Part shown: in pieces, positions 1 to 12,427 of the stretch
How positions within the stretch are numbered: the stretch's first letter is position 1
How the letters are laid out: each line of letters begins with the position of its first letter
Source: an uncultured Dehalococcoidales bacterium
GTDB taxonomy: Bacteria > Chloroflexota > Dehalococcoidia > GIF9 > AB-539-J10
Reading direction: 5' to 3'
NCBI GenBank assembly: GCA_964594245.1
Contig: CAZQML010000156.1
Coordinates: forward strand, 1-33,241
DNA: 33,241 nt
Position numbers and translations under genes: made by a program
The notes under the pieces: generated by a model
Told to the model about the DNA's origin: nothing
Database searches by the model: none
Seen by the model: only the letters and a program-made list of their open reading frames with translations

Positions 1-1
1 C

Positions 2-1573
2 GAGGACGTTCGCCCCACAGGCAGAATCCTGAGCGCGGAGCTGGGTCCCGGCCTCCTGGGGTCCATCTACGACGGCCTGCAGAAGTCTCTTCTGCCGATG
101 GCCGAAAAGACCGGGGCCTTCATCAAGCGCGGCGCCAAGTCACCGGCCCTTCCTCGTGACGTTAAGTGGCAATTCACACCTACGGTCAAAGTCGGCGATG
201 TGGTCGAGTACGGCGATATCATAGGGACTGTACCGGAGACTCCTCTCGTAGAACACAAGATCATGGTGCCCCTCGGCATCAGTGGCACGATAAAGCAGAT
301 AAAGGCAGGCGAATACACTGTCGAGGAGAAGGTGGCGGTCGTCGAGAACGACGGCAAGACGCAGGAGCTTACGCTCATGCAGGAGTGGCCCGTACGCAAG
401 CCGCGGCCATATCTCAGGCGCCAGAACCCCTCCGGACTGCTCACGACAGGCATGCGCATTCTCGACTACATGTTCCCCCTGGCGATGGGCGGCAAGGCCG
501 CAATCCCCGGTGGATTCGGCACAGGCAAGACCGTGGCGCAGCAGCAGCTCGTGCGCTGGGCTGACACCGCTCTTAACATCTATGTGGGCTGTGGTGAGCG
601 GGGCAACGAGATGGCTGACGTGCTGTACAGTTTTCGACAGCTCAAGGAGCCAAAGAGCGGGAGGCTCCTTCAGGAAAAAGAGATCTTCATAGCCAATACC
701 TCCAACATGCCAGTCGTCGCGCGAGAGGCAAGCATCTTCGTTGGAGTGACAATGGCCGAGTACTACCGCGACATGGGCTACAACGTCCTGCTTGTCGCGG
801 ATTCCACATCTCGATGGGCCGAGGCGATGCGGGAGATGGGCGGGCGCCTTGAGGAGATGCCAGGGGAGGAAGGCTTCCCGTCATATATGGGGTCCAGACT
901 CGCCGGATTCTATGAGAGAGCCGGCATGGTTGACTGCCTCGGCGGTCCGGATCGCACAGGGTCGGTCACGATTGCTGGAGCAGTCAGCCCGCCAGGAGCC
1001 GATTTCAGTGAGCCCGTTACCCAGAACACGCTGCGCATCGTGGATGCGCTCTTCGCGCTGGATGTGGGGCTCGCCAACAAGAGACACTTCCCGGCAATCA
1101 GCTGGCTCACAAGCTACAGCCTTTACGTTGATGCCGTGAAGGACTGGTGGAATGCCTTCGACCGAGGCTGGGAGGAGACGCGTGGCGCGGCGCTACGCGT
1201 ACTCCAGCAAGAAGCAGAGCTAGAGGAAATCGTCAGGCTGGTCGGCCCAGAGGCCCTCCCCGATGGTGACAAGCTTCTCTTGCTGGTCGCCAGGATGATT
1301 CGCGAGGACTTCCTGCAACAGAGCGCCTACAGCGATGCGGACACGTACTGTGGTCCCGGCAAGGCCGGGCTGATGCTGAAAACCATCCTCAAGTTCCATG
1401 AGATGGCGCAGGACATGCTGAATGGGGGTGCGGGCTACGACACGATACGCTCTTCACCCATCGTGTACCGCATCTCTCGAATGAAGGAGATAACGAACGA
1501 GGATTTCCAGGAGAAGTGCAAGGAGCTATGGGCAGAGATGGATGAGACGCTCGTAGCCCGCACGCGCGCCTGA
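2..1573 (+). CDS. ntpA: V/A-type ATP synthase catalytic subunit A, 5' end outside the window
   Basis: The frame is open from base 2 ([27 protein letters not shown]...), so the ATG at 98 is internal. Motifs: P-loop [59 protein letters not shown]. Confidence 0.97.
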   Translation, partial: EDVRPTGRILSAELGPGLLGSIYDGLQKSLLPMAEKTGAFIKRGAKSPALPRDVKWQFTPTVKVGDVVEYGDIIGTVPETPLVEHKIMVPLGISGTIKQIKAGEYTVEEKVAVVENDGKTQELTLMQEWPVRKPRPYLRRQNPSGLLTTGMRILDYMFPLAMGGKAAIPGGFGTGKTVAQQQLVRWADTALNIYVGCGERGNEMADVLYSFRQLKEPKSGRLLQEKEIFIANTSNMPVVAREASIFVGVTMAEYYRDMGYNVLLVADSTSRWAEAMREMGGRLEEMPGEEGFPSYMGSRLAGFYERAGMVDCLGGPDRTGSVTIAGAVSPPGADFSEPVTQNTLRIVDALFALDVGLANKRHFPAISWLTSYSLYVDAVKDWWNAFDRGWEETRGAALRVLQQEAELEEIVRLVGPEALPDGDKLLLLVARMIREDFLQQSAYSDADTYCGPGKAGLMLKTILKFHEMAQDMLNGGAGYDTIRSSPIVYRISRMKEITNEDFQEKCKELWAEMDETLVARTRA

Positions 1574-1616
1574 GAACTCCTCGGAGACCTGTCAAGGCAC
1601 GAGAAGGAGGAAGCTC

Positions 1617-3035
1617 ATGGAGCTATCTGGACTCTACGTACGTGAAGGCAAGGCCATCAGCAAGGCTAAGGGTGCTCTTGTGATTGCCGAAGCTATTCCG
1701 GGCACCAAGTACAACGAGATTGTCGACGTTGTGTTGAGCAACGGCGAGGTTAAGACCGGCCAGGCAATCGACATCAGCGAAGAGGCCACGGTCATCCAGG
1801 TCTTCGGCGGCGTGAGCGAGGTAGACCTGAAGGGCTCCAAGATCAGGTGCAAGGGGGAGACGCTCAAGCTCCCGGTTTCGGTTGACATGCTTGGACGGAT
1901 CTTCAATGGCATGGGCAAGCCCATCGACGGCGGGCCGGCCATCATTCCCGATGAGTATCTGGACATCAACGGCGAGGCCATCAATCCAGCGTCGCGGCAG
2001 CCACCTGCCGAGTTCATCGAGACAGGCATTTCCTCCATCGACGGGCTCAACGTGCTGGTTCGCGGCCAGAAGCTACCGATTTTCAGCGGCTCCGGTCTGC
2101 CGCACAACCGCATGGCGGCACAGATAATCCGGCAGGCTGCAGTCAAGGGGACGGACGAGAAGTTCGCCATTGTATTCGGCGCCATCGGAATCAGCTACGA
2201 CGACGCTGCGTTCTTCATGAGCAATCTGGAGCGAACCGGGGCTCTCGAGCGGGCAGTTGCGTTCATCAACACCGCGTCAGATCCGGCCATTGAGCGAATC
2301 TCGACACCACGCCTCGCCCTTACGGCGGCGGAGTACCTTGCGTGGAAACAGGACATGCACGTCCTCGTCATTCTCACCGACATGACGAACTACTGTGAGG
2401 CGCTACGCGAACTCTCCTCAATGCGAGAGGAGATCCCATCCCGGCGTGGCTATCCAGGCTACATGTATACGGATCTTGCGACCATTTACGAGCGGGCGGG
2501 CAGGATAATCGGGCGTGAAGGCTCGGTTACAATCATGCCGATTCTCACGATGCCCGACGACGACATCACGCATCCGATACCGGACCTCACCGGCTACATC
2601 ACCGAGGGACAGATAGTCATGTCCCGTAACCTCCAGCGCAAAGGAGTGTATCCCCCCATCGACGTCTTTCTGTCGCTGTCACGAATGATGAAGGAAGGCA
2701 TAGGCCCCGGCAAGACACGTGAGGACCACAACAACGTGTTCATGCAGATCTATGCATCGTACGCAGAGGGCATCTACCTGCGCGAAATCTCGACTATCAT
2801 CGGAGCGGACGCGCTTGGTGACCGCGACAAGTTGTATCTTGCGAACGCCGACAGTGTCGAGCGTGAGTTCATCTCACAGGGAGAACACGAGAAGCGCAAG
2901 GTCGAGGACACGCTTGACATCGCATGGAAGCTTTTCTCGACGCTTCCCGAAGAGGACCTCAAGCTGATCAAGGAGGACTTGATCAAGAAGTACCACCCGA
3001 AGCACGCTCAGGGCGCCGGTATCGAAGCGCAGTAG
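1617..3035 (+). CDS. ntpB: V/A-type ATP synthase subunit B
   Basis: Motifs [47 protein letters not shown] and [28 protein letters not shown] upstream. Confidence 0.97.
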   Translation: MELSGLYVREGKAISKAKGALVIAEAIPGTKYNEIVDVVLSNGEVKTGQAIDISEEATVIQVFGGVSEVDLKGSKIRCKGETLKLPVSVDMLGRIFNGMGKPIDGGPAIIPDEYLDINGEAINPASRQPPAEFIETGISSIDGLNVLVRGQKLPIFSGSGLPHNRMAAQIIRQAAVKGTDEKFAIVFGAIGISYDDAAFFMSNLERTGALERAVAFINTASDPAIERISTPRLALTAAEYLAWKQDMHVLVILTDMTNYCEALRELSSMREEIPSRRGYPGYMYTDLATIYERAGRIIGREGSVTIMPILTMPDDDITHPIPDLTGYITEGQIVMSRNLQRKGVYPPIDVFLSLSRMMKEGIGPGKTREDHNNVFMQIYASYAEGIYLREISTIIGADALGDRDKLYLANADSVEREFISQGEHEKRKVEDTLDIAWKLFSTLPEEDLKLIKEDLIKKYHPKHAQGAGIEAQ

Positions 3036-3042
3036 GGTCTGT

Positions 3043-3678
3043 ATGGCACAGCTCATCAAAGTACGGCCTACCAAGATCGAACTCGTCAAGCTCAAGAGGA
3101 GATTGGGCCTGTCCAGTCGCGTCCAGAAGATAATGAAGGACAGGTTGTCAATCCTCACGATGGAGTTCCTCCAGGCTGCCCGCGACACCGTCAGCGCCAA
3201 GAGGAAGACGCTGGGCGCGATGTCCGAAGCCTACAAGGCGATGACTATCGCGAGCGGCTATCACGGCTACGTCGCGCTGCAGAAAGAGCTGGCTGCAAGC
3301 GAGGCAGATATCAGCGTCACGGCAGGACCTAGGAATGTGGCAGGCGTGCGGATTCCTGCCCTGGAATTGAATGAGCCGTCGGGCGGCCTCAGGGGCTACA
3401 ACCTCGCGCAGACATCGTCTCTCGTGGACAGTGCGTCGGATACGGCGAGGGAGGCTCTGCGGGCCATCATCGAGCTGGCGGAATTGCAGCGGGGCCTTGA
3501 ACTCCTCGGCACCGAGATCAGCCGGACCAAACGCATCACGAATGCACTTGAGTACATCATCATTCCAAACCTGAAGGCAACAATACGCTTCCTCACCATG
3601 AAGTTTGAGGAGCGGGACAGGGAAGAAAAGGCGCGACTGAAGCGCGTGAAGGTCCTGCTCGCCAGAGAAGAAGGGTAG
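3043..3678 (+). CDS. ntpD: V/A-type ATP synthase subunit D (central stalk)
   Basis: N-terminal RPTKIELVKLKRRL, NVAGVRIP, and C-terminal TKRITNALEYIIIP...EERDREEKARLK. Follows subunits A and B in the canonical order. Confidence 0.95.
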   Translation: MAQLIKVRPTKIELVKLKRRLGLSSRVQKIMKDRLSILTMEFLQAARDTVSAKRKTLGAMSEAYKAMTIASGYHGYVALQKELAASEADISVTAGPRNVAGVRIPALELNEPSGGLRGYNLAQTSSLVDSASDTAREALRAIIELAELQRGLELLGTEISRTKRITNALEYIIIPNLKATIRFLTMKFEERDREEKARLKRVKVLLAREEG

Positions 3679-3686
3679 ACACACCG

Positions 3687-4148
3687 GTGCACCTCCCAGA
3701 GCTACGCGACGATACGCAGCCCCAGTACGAGAGGTTGTTGGAGGCCTATCTCAGCACTGAGCTGCGCCTGGTCAACTCCGGGCTACCCCGGAGTCGCAGC
3801 AGTCTCTCGGAGCTCCTGACCCAGGTTCAGCCCCAGATACCCTGCGCCGACGGAAGCCAACAGATGGTCAAGCGGTCAGAGCTGCAGTACCTCTCCAGCT
3901 TGCTTGAGGCGACCGAGCGTGAGTCGCTGATGTTGCCGATTCTCATCGAGATGACAGGCGACCAGTCAGGTGCTATCGTAATGTGTTCGGGCAGTGCCGA
4001 ACAGAAGGTCGTCTCGTCGGTACTCGGGATGCACCTTGAGTGCGAACGACCGGGGCAACTGAGGATATACAAACCTCAGCTTGCGTTGCTCAGGAGAAAG
4101 CTGAAGACCACCACGCAGTACATGTTCTCCATACGGGCGGGTGACTAG
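3687..4148 (+). CDS. DUF61 (UPF0216) family protein, archaeal-type, function unknown
   Basis: Pattern ELRLVNSGLPRSRSSLSELL...DGS...KRSEL...LPILIE...EQKVVSSVLG...YKPQL..LRRKLKTTTQYMF matches my recollection of DUF61. GTG start lies 8 nt after the ntpD stop. Confidence 0.8.
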   Translation: MHLPELRDDTQPQYERLLEAYLSTELRLVNSGLPRSRSSLSELLTQVQPQIPCADGSQQMVKRSELQYLSSLLEATERESLMLPILIEMTGDQSGAIVMCSGSAEQKVVSSVLGMHLECERPGQLRIYKPQLALLRRKLKTTTQYMFSIRAGD

Positions 4149-4158
4149 CGCATCCGCG

Positions 4159-4187
4159 TTGACAAAACGACACGAAACGGGGATAAT
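4159..4187 (+). promoter_or_regulatory. sigma70-type promoter of rpsP-khpA
   Basis: TTGACA (4159-4164), 17 nt spacer, GATAAT (4182-4187), 12 nt before the rpsP ATG. Confidence 0.8.
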
Positions 4188-4199
4188 TAGCAGGCTTCT

Positions 4200-4469
4200 A
4201 TGGTAAAGATTCGACTCCGCCGAGTTGGCAGAAGACACAACCCCATCTACCGCGTTGTTGTAGCGGACAGCAGGTCACCTCGTGATGGCTCATTCATCGC
4301 CGTCATTGGCCACTACAACCCTCAGACAGACCCCGCCACGGTGCAGATAGACCGCGAGCAGGCTCTACTCTGGCTCTCCCGCGGGGCGAAGCCGAGTGAT
4401 ACAGTCTCAAGCCTTCTCACCAAAGCTGGGATTTCTCCTACTTCAGCCAGCCCCAACGGCGCTGAGTAG
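4200..4469 (+). CDS. rpsP: 30S ribosomal protein S16
   Basis: [30 protein letters not shown]...GHYNP...[12 protein letters not shown]. Confidence 0.98.
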   Translation: MVKIRLRRVGRRHNPIYRVVVADSRSPRDGSFIAVIGHYNPQTDPATVQIDREQALLWLSRGAKPSDTVSSLLTKAGISPTSASPNGAE

Positions 4470-4490
4470 CCGTCACGCTAAGGAGATGCG

Positions 4491-4718
4491 ATGAAGGAAC
4501 TAATTGAGTATATCGTCAAGTCCATCGTCACAGATCCCGATAAGGTGAGCATCACCGAAGAAGACAGCGACGAAGGCTTGCTGGTCAAGCTGGAAGTCGC
4601 GCCTGAGGACAAGGGCAGGGTGATCGGCAAGCAGGGCCGCGTCGCTGAAGCGATGCGCACGCTCCTGCGAGTCAAGGCAGCCAAGGAAGAGACCCGGGTC
4701 AGGCTACAGATACTGTAG
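4491..4718 (+). CDS. khpA: KH-domain RNA-binding protein KhpA (UPF0109)
   Basis: MKELIEYIVKSIV...DKGRVIGKQGRVAEAMRTLL with the GxxG KH loop. SD TAAGGAG; typical position after rpsP. Confidence 0.93.
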   Translation: MKELIEYIVKSIVTDPDKVSITEEDSDEGLLVKLEVAPEDKGRVIGKQGRVAEAMRTLLRVKAAKEETRVRLQIL

Positions 4719-4726
4719 CTCTTGTG
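4702..4726 (+). terminator. Possible weak intrinsic terminator over the khpA stop codon
   Basis: GCTACAG-ATA-CTGTAGC perfect 7-bp stem (4703-4719) followed by TCTTGT. The U-tract is poor. Confidence 0.35.
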
Positions 4727-4881
4727 CCCGCTACTTCCCCACGCTCAGCAGCGCCTGGTTGCGCACAGGTCCGGTTTTCTGTTGTCTCCAGGCGTGGGTC
4801 TCTGCGGTATTGAGTCCCGGTGAGGTCGCGACATGCTGTGCGCGCGCACCGGACACGCGTCCAGCAATACCTGCGACAGGG

Positions 4882-5313
4882 TCACTCGATGGCTCTGCGT
4901 CGGGCTCGACGCCGGTGTCGATCCGCAACCTCCAGGCGAACAAGCGACCGTCGCAAAGCAGCCTCGGCTACGGCCAAGTCAGTCTCGCGAGCACCCGCTT
5001 CCATCCATCCCTCCGCAGCCCTTCGGGCTTCTTCCGCACGCTGCACATCGATCTCATCGGCACGCTCACAGGCGTCCGCCAGAATGACAACGCCCTGAGG
5101 GGTGACTTCAAGAAAGCCACCACTGACTGCCAGGTAGTGGTCTTCAGGCCCGGTTCGCACCATCAGTTCGCCGGCCCGCAGAAGCGTGACAAGCGAAGCG
5201 TGACCGGGCAGTACGCTTATCTGTCCCTCCTCCGTCATGGCCACAAGCACATCGACGCTCATGGACAGCACGGTTCTTTCAGCAGTGAGCACGTCCAGAT
5301 GCAACTGCGGCAC
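4882..5313 (-). CDS. atpC: F1 ATP synthase epsilon subunit
   Basis: LDVLTAER...EGQISVLPGHASLVTLL...AVSGGFLEV...ILADACERADEID. GTG start; Arg-rich C-terminus. Confidence 0.95.
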   Translation of the reverse strand: MPQLHLDVLTAERTVLSMSVDVLVAMTEEGQISVLPGHASLVTLLRAGELMVRTGPEDHYLAVSGGFLEVTPQGVVILADACERADEIDVQRAEEARRAAEGWMEAGARETDLAVAEAALRRSLVRLEVADRHRRRARRRAIE

Positions 5314-5330
5314 GTTGCACTACCCCTCTC

Positions 5331-7590
<2,260 letters not shown>

Positions 7591-7602
7591 ATCAGTCCAG
7601 TC

Positions 7603-9114
7603 CTACGGCATAGCCCCTTTGAACTCGAGTATCACAGACCTCATGAGCGTCTCTACCTCGGGCTTCAACTCGCCATCGCCCTCTATCATGCGGAGCAGTC
7701 CGGGATTGGAGGCATCCACAAAATCGTGGAGGCCCCTCTCCCAGGCATTCACATCCGAGACAGCCACGTCGTCGAGATATCCATTCGTCACGGCATAGAG
7801 GATGAGAACCTCGTGTCCCAGTGTCATAGGAGCGTACTGCGGCTGCTTCAGCACCTCGGTTATGCGACGTCCTCGTTCCAACTGGTCGCGCGCAGACCTG
7901 TCGAGGTCTGCCGAGCCGAACTGTGCAAAGGCCTCCAGTTCCCGGAACTGCGCGAGTTCCAGGCGAAGCCGCCCGGCCACCTGTCGCATGGCTCTGCGCT
8001 GTGCCGCTCCTCCGACCCTGGACACAGATAGACCCACGTTGACCGCCGGCCGGATGCCCGCATTGAATAGAGAGGTCTCGAGGTAGATCTGCCCGTCGGT
8101 GATGGAAATCAGGTTGGTGGGGATGTAGCCGGATATGTCCCCTGCCTGTGTCTCAACGATCGGGAGAGCCGTCATAGAACCGCCTCCCAGGTCGGGGGAG
8201 AGCCGGGCAGCCCTTTCAAGCAATCTGCTGTGTAGATAGAACACGTCGCCCGGGTAGGCTTCACGCCCCGGAGGACGCCGAAGCAAGAGCGACAGCTCAC
8301 GATAGGCCCAGGAGTGCTTCGTGAGGTCATCGTAGACCACGAGGGCATGGCCGCCACGCTCCATGAATTCCTCTGCGATAGCGCAACCGGCATAGGGGGC
8401 GAGATACTGCAGCGCCGCAGGTTCAGCGGCGCCTGCCGCCACTATCACGCAGTTGTCGAGCACTCCGACCTTCCGCAGGTTCGAAGCGATGTAGGCCACC
8501 TGCGACAGCTTCTTGCCAATCGCCACATAGACGCTGATAACCCCGGTGTCCTTTTGCGCACTGATGGTGTCCACAGCCATCCCGGACTTCCCTATGGACC
8601 GATCACCGATTATCAGCTCCCGCTGCCCTCGCCCGATGGGGACCATGCTGTCTATCGCCTTGATGCCGGTGTGAAGCGGTGTGTCAACCGGAACCCGCTG
8701 CGTCACGCCCGGTGCAGGATACTCGACAGGACGATACTTGGTCGCGCCCAACGGTCCTCCACCGTCAAGCGGTCTCCCCAGAGGGTCAACAATCCGGCCC
8801 AGCAGGGAGTTGCCTACTGGGACTTCGACAACTCGTCCTGTCGACCGCACTTCGTCCCCTTCCCCTACAGCCTCGCTATCTCCCAACAGGACTGCGCTGA
8901 CAAAGTCCGCCTCCAGATTCATGACCATGCCGAGGACACCGCCAGGAAACTCGAGCAATTCCTGCAAACCGACTTTGCCGAGATCTCGAAGGCGGGCGAC
9001 CGAGTCCCCGACCTGGGTCACAACACCAACCGACTTCAGGTGCGGTTCGTCTGTGTGATTGCGTACGCGCTGCCTGAACTGAGCTACTATGCCGTCTGTT
9101 TCTCTCTCTGTCAC
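7603..9114 (-). CDS. atpA: F1 ATP synthase alpha subunit
   Basis: [69 protein letters not shown] start. Confidence 0.97.
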   Translation of the reverse strand: MTERETDGIVAQFRQRVRNHTDEPHLKSVGVVTQVGDSVARLRDLGKVGLQELLEFPGGVLGMVMNLEADFVSAVLLGDSEAVGEGDEVRSTGRVVEVPVGNSLLGRIVDPLGRPLDGGGPLGATKYRPVEYPAPGVTQRVPVDTPLHTGIKAIDSMVPIGRGQRELIIGDRSIGKSGMAVDTISAQKDTGVISVYVAIGKKLSQVAYIASNLRKVGVLDNCVIVAAGAAEPAALQYLAPYAGCAIAEEFMERGGHALVVYDDLTKHSWAYRELSLLLRRPPGREAYPGDVFYLHSRLLERAARLSPDLGGGSMTALPIVETQAGDISGYIPTNLISITDGQIYLETSLFNAGIRPAVNVGLSVSRVGGAAQRRAMRQVAGRLRLELAQFRELEAFAQFGSADLDRSARDQLERGRRITEVLKQPQYAPMTLGHEVLILYAVTNGYLDDVAVSDVNAWERGLHDFVDASNPGLLRMIEGDGELKPEVETLMRSVILEFKGAMP

Positions 9115-9163
9115 TTCATCTGCACCAGTTCAACCCGGATAGTCTCCTCTCCACCGCATTTCA

Positions 9164-9721
9164 TCACCCGGCAGTGGCTCCGGCGTCGTGACCGTCAAGA
9201 ACCGCATCACGTAGCGACTGCAGTCTGGCGCGCACGCTGCGGTCAATCACCGTGTCGCCAATCTTCAGTACCACGCCTCCTATTATCGTGGAATCCACCC
9301 TCGCGTCGAGCACGTACTTCGCACCCGTAGTCTGCTGCAGGGAGTCCTCAATCAGTCGCCGGGTCTCCGCATCCAGGGGTATGGCCGTCACGACTTCCGC
9401 ATGTCGAAGTCCGTAGTGCTTGTCCAGCAGCCTCGAATACTCCCGGGCCACATCACCAAGCACACTGAGCCTGCCATGCCGCACCAGGAGGCACACGAGG
9501 CCGGCAACGTCAGCCAGGACGTCAGCGAAGCACTCACCCGCCGGGATGCCGCTCGCGCTCTGGTCTCGGCCGCCAACCGAGTTGCAGCACCGGAGAAGGT
9601 CCTCCTCAGGGCGCTCTGCCAGAACGTCGAGTTCTCTTCTCCACCTCTCCAGCTGCATGGCATCTGCTGCCAGTTCGAAGGCGCGTCGCGCATAGAACTC
9701 GGCAATACCCAGAGAAGTCAT
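9164..9721 (-). CDS. atpH: F1 ATP synthase delta subunit (divergent N-terminal half)
   Basis: C-terminal AEVVTAIPL...VDSTIIGGVVLKIGDTVIDRSVRARL; lies between atpF and atpA. Start reassigned to ATG 9721, just after the atpF stop. Confidence 0.9.
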   Translation of the reverse strand: MTSLGIAEFYARRAFELAADAMQLERWRRELDVLAERPEEDLLRCCNSVGGRDQSASGIPAGECFADVLADVAGLVCLLVRHGRLSVLGDVAREYSRLLDKHYGLRHAEVVTAIPLDAETRRLIEDSLQQTTGAKYVLDARVDSTIIGGVVLKIGDTVIDRSVRARLQSLRDAVLDGHDAGATAG

Positions 9722-9725
9722 TGCG

Positions 9726-10226
9726 TCAGTGCTCCCTCTCCAGCGGCAGTCGCTCCTCAAGTACCCCCTGGATGAGCCTGCGGTGACGCTTGGCATCGAG
9801 GCTCTCCAGCACAATCGCCTCCGCCGCCAGGATTGCCGCATCCGCGAACTCGCGTCGCAGCTCCTCCACAACGGCTCTTCGCTGTTCTTCAAGCTGGACG
9901 TTTGACCCCTCAACGATGGCGCGTGCTTCTTCTTTCGCCTCAGCGCGGGCCTCCGTCAACAGGCGGTCGCGAGTTGCAGCCGCCTCAATCAAGATTCGAT
10001 GTGCCTCCAGGCGCGCGTCCTTCAGTCCCTGCTCGGCCTCCACGCGTACGCGTTCGTACTCCTCCCGGGCGAGTTGCGCCTGCTCCACGCTGTCACGTAT
10101 TCGCTGTGACCGCTCTTCCAGCACTCGCCTTATCGGCCTGTAGCCGAAGTAAGACAGCGCAGCCAGCAATATGAGAAAGCTGACGAGTTGCCCGACAAAC
10201 GTTGGCAGATCCAGACCTATTCCCAT
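9726..10226 (-). CDS. atpF: Fo ATP synthase subunit b
   Basis: N-terminal TM segment (QLVSFLILLAALSYFGYRPI) followed by a long charged coiled coil. Confidence 0.94.
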   Translation of the reverse strand: MGIGLDLPTFVGQLVSFLILLAALSYFGYRPIRRVLEERSQRIRDSVEQAQLAREEYERVRVEAEQGLKDARLEAHRILIEAAATRDRLLTEARAEAKEEARAIVEGSNVQLEEQRRAVVEELRREFADAAILAAEAIVLESLDAKRHRRLIQGVLEERLPLEREH

Positions 10227-10252
10227 TGGCGGCCATCCTCTCCGCAGTATCT

Positions 10253-11432
<1,180 letters not shown>

Positions 11433-11701
11433 CGCACCCTAGTGAGCGCCCACAATGCAGGATGAACAGTCGTCAGACTCCACCGCGCCAGTACCGGCGC
11501 ATGCCACTTTCGATCCGAACAGGACCATCAACGACTGCCCCTTTCGCGCTCGTTGTGACTCTGGCTCGCCCTCAGACGCAGATTGCAGCACCTGCGCAGG
11601 GGCAACTCAACCTAGACCTGCCTTCTCGGGTATGCGGGACGGAAAATTGCTGTAAAAGGACTGGAATACTCAACTCAAAGAGTCTCGATGCTACCCCACA
11701 C

Positions 11702-12223
11702 TTACGACTTGCGTTTCTTGAAGTCTTCCAGATCCAAAGTGCTGATGAAGTCCTTGAATGCTGAGAGTCCTTCCATCTCCTGCTCGTCGACTCTGCCCTC
11801 GGTCACCGGCTTGCCGGTGTCCTCGTCAAGCGTGATGCCCGCCTTGGACAGCACGGCTTCCTCGGCATAGATGGGCACATCGGCCCTCACCGCCAGGGCA
11901 AGCGCATCGCTGGGCCGCGAGTCGACTTCAATCTCCTCACCACCAGCAGTCAGCGCAAGCTTGGCGTAGAACGTGTCCTTTTGCAGGTCGTTCACGACAA
12001 CGTAGTCAGGCTTCGCTCCGAGCGATGCGATGACAGACTGAAGCAGGTCGTGAGTCAAGGGGCGCGCCAGTTCCACGTTCTGCAGCTTTACCGCTATTGC
12101 ATCCGCCTCCGCAGGTCCAATCCAAATGGGCAGGTACCGGTTGGAGTACTTCTCCTTCAGGATAACCACACGCTGGTAGTTCATCAAGCTGACTCTGATG
12201 CTGTCGATTGTCATCTCGACCAT
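11702..12223 (-). CDS. Bifunctional nuclease family protein (DUF151)
   Basis: YLPIWIGPAEA, RPLTHDL, TFYAKL, DSRPSDALALA. Start reassigned to ATG 12223 with SD GAGGTG. Confidence 0.93.
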   Translation of the reverse strand: MVEMTIDSIRVSLMNYQRVVILKEKYSNRYLPIWIGPAEADAIAVKLQNVELARPLTHDLLQSVIASLGAKPDYVVVNDLQKDTFYAKLALTAGGEEIEVDSRPSDALALAVRADVPIYAEEAVLSKAGITLDEDTGKPVTEGRVDEQEMEGLSAFKDFISTLDLEDFKKRKS

Positions 12224-12273
12224 TTCGTCACCTCTCTGGCATACCCAACCAGAACGCAAGAATAGCTGCTCTA

Positions 12274-12282
12274 ATCATAGCA
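12274..12282 (-). promoter_or_regulatory. Extended -10 promoter candidate for the DUF151 gene
   Basis: The minus strand reads TGCTATGAT (TGn plus TATGAT) about 50 nt upstream of the start codon. Confidence 0.45.
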
Positions 12283-12427
12283 CAGGGGTATGTCGCCACA
12301 GCAATCCGGCACCGGACCACTAGTTGCCCCCTCAGAAGTGCCTGCTGTATTATTTGTGACTCAGCCCGCGCATGCTTGCCGCACAGCTTCCTTTGGACTC
12401 CACACCACGGCGAAGGGGACAACCTGT

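Noticed and set aside
11439-11655. Small ORFs in the atp leader (66 aa on +, about 29-50 aa on -) as atpI or a Cys-rich peptide
   Set aside because: They have no transmembrane character, no convincing SD and no recognisable motif.
12290-12427. Long N-terminal extensions in the ORF track (ppsA; also atpD, atpH, atpE, DUF151, usp, dnaX, gap, pth)
   Set aside because: They are artefacts of taking the most upstream start. Downstream starts fit family N-termini, SD or promoter positions, and avoid overlaps.
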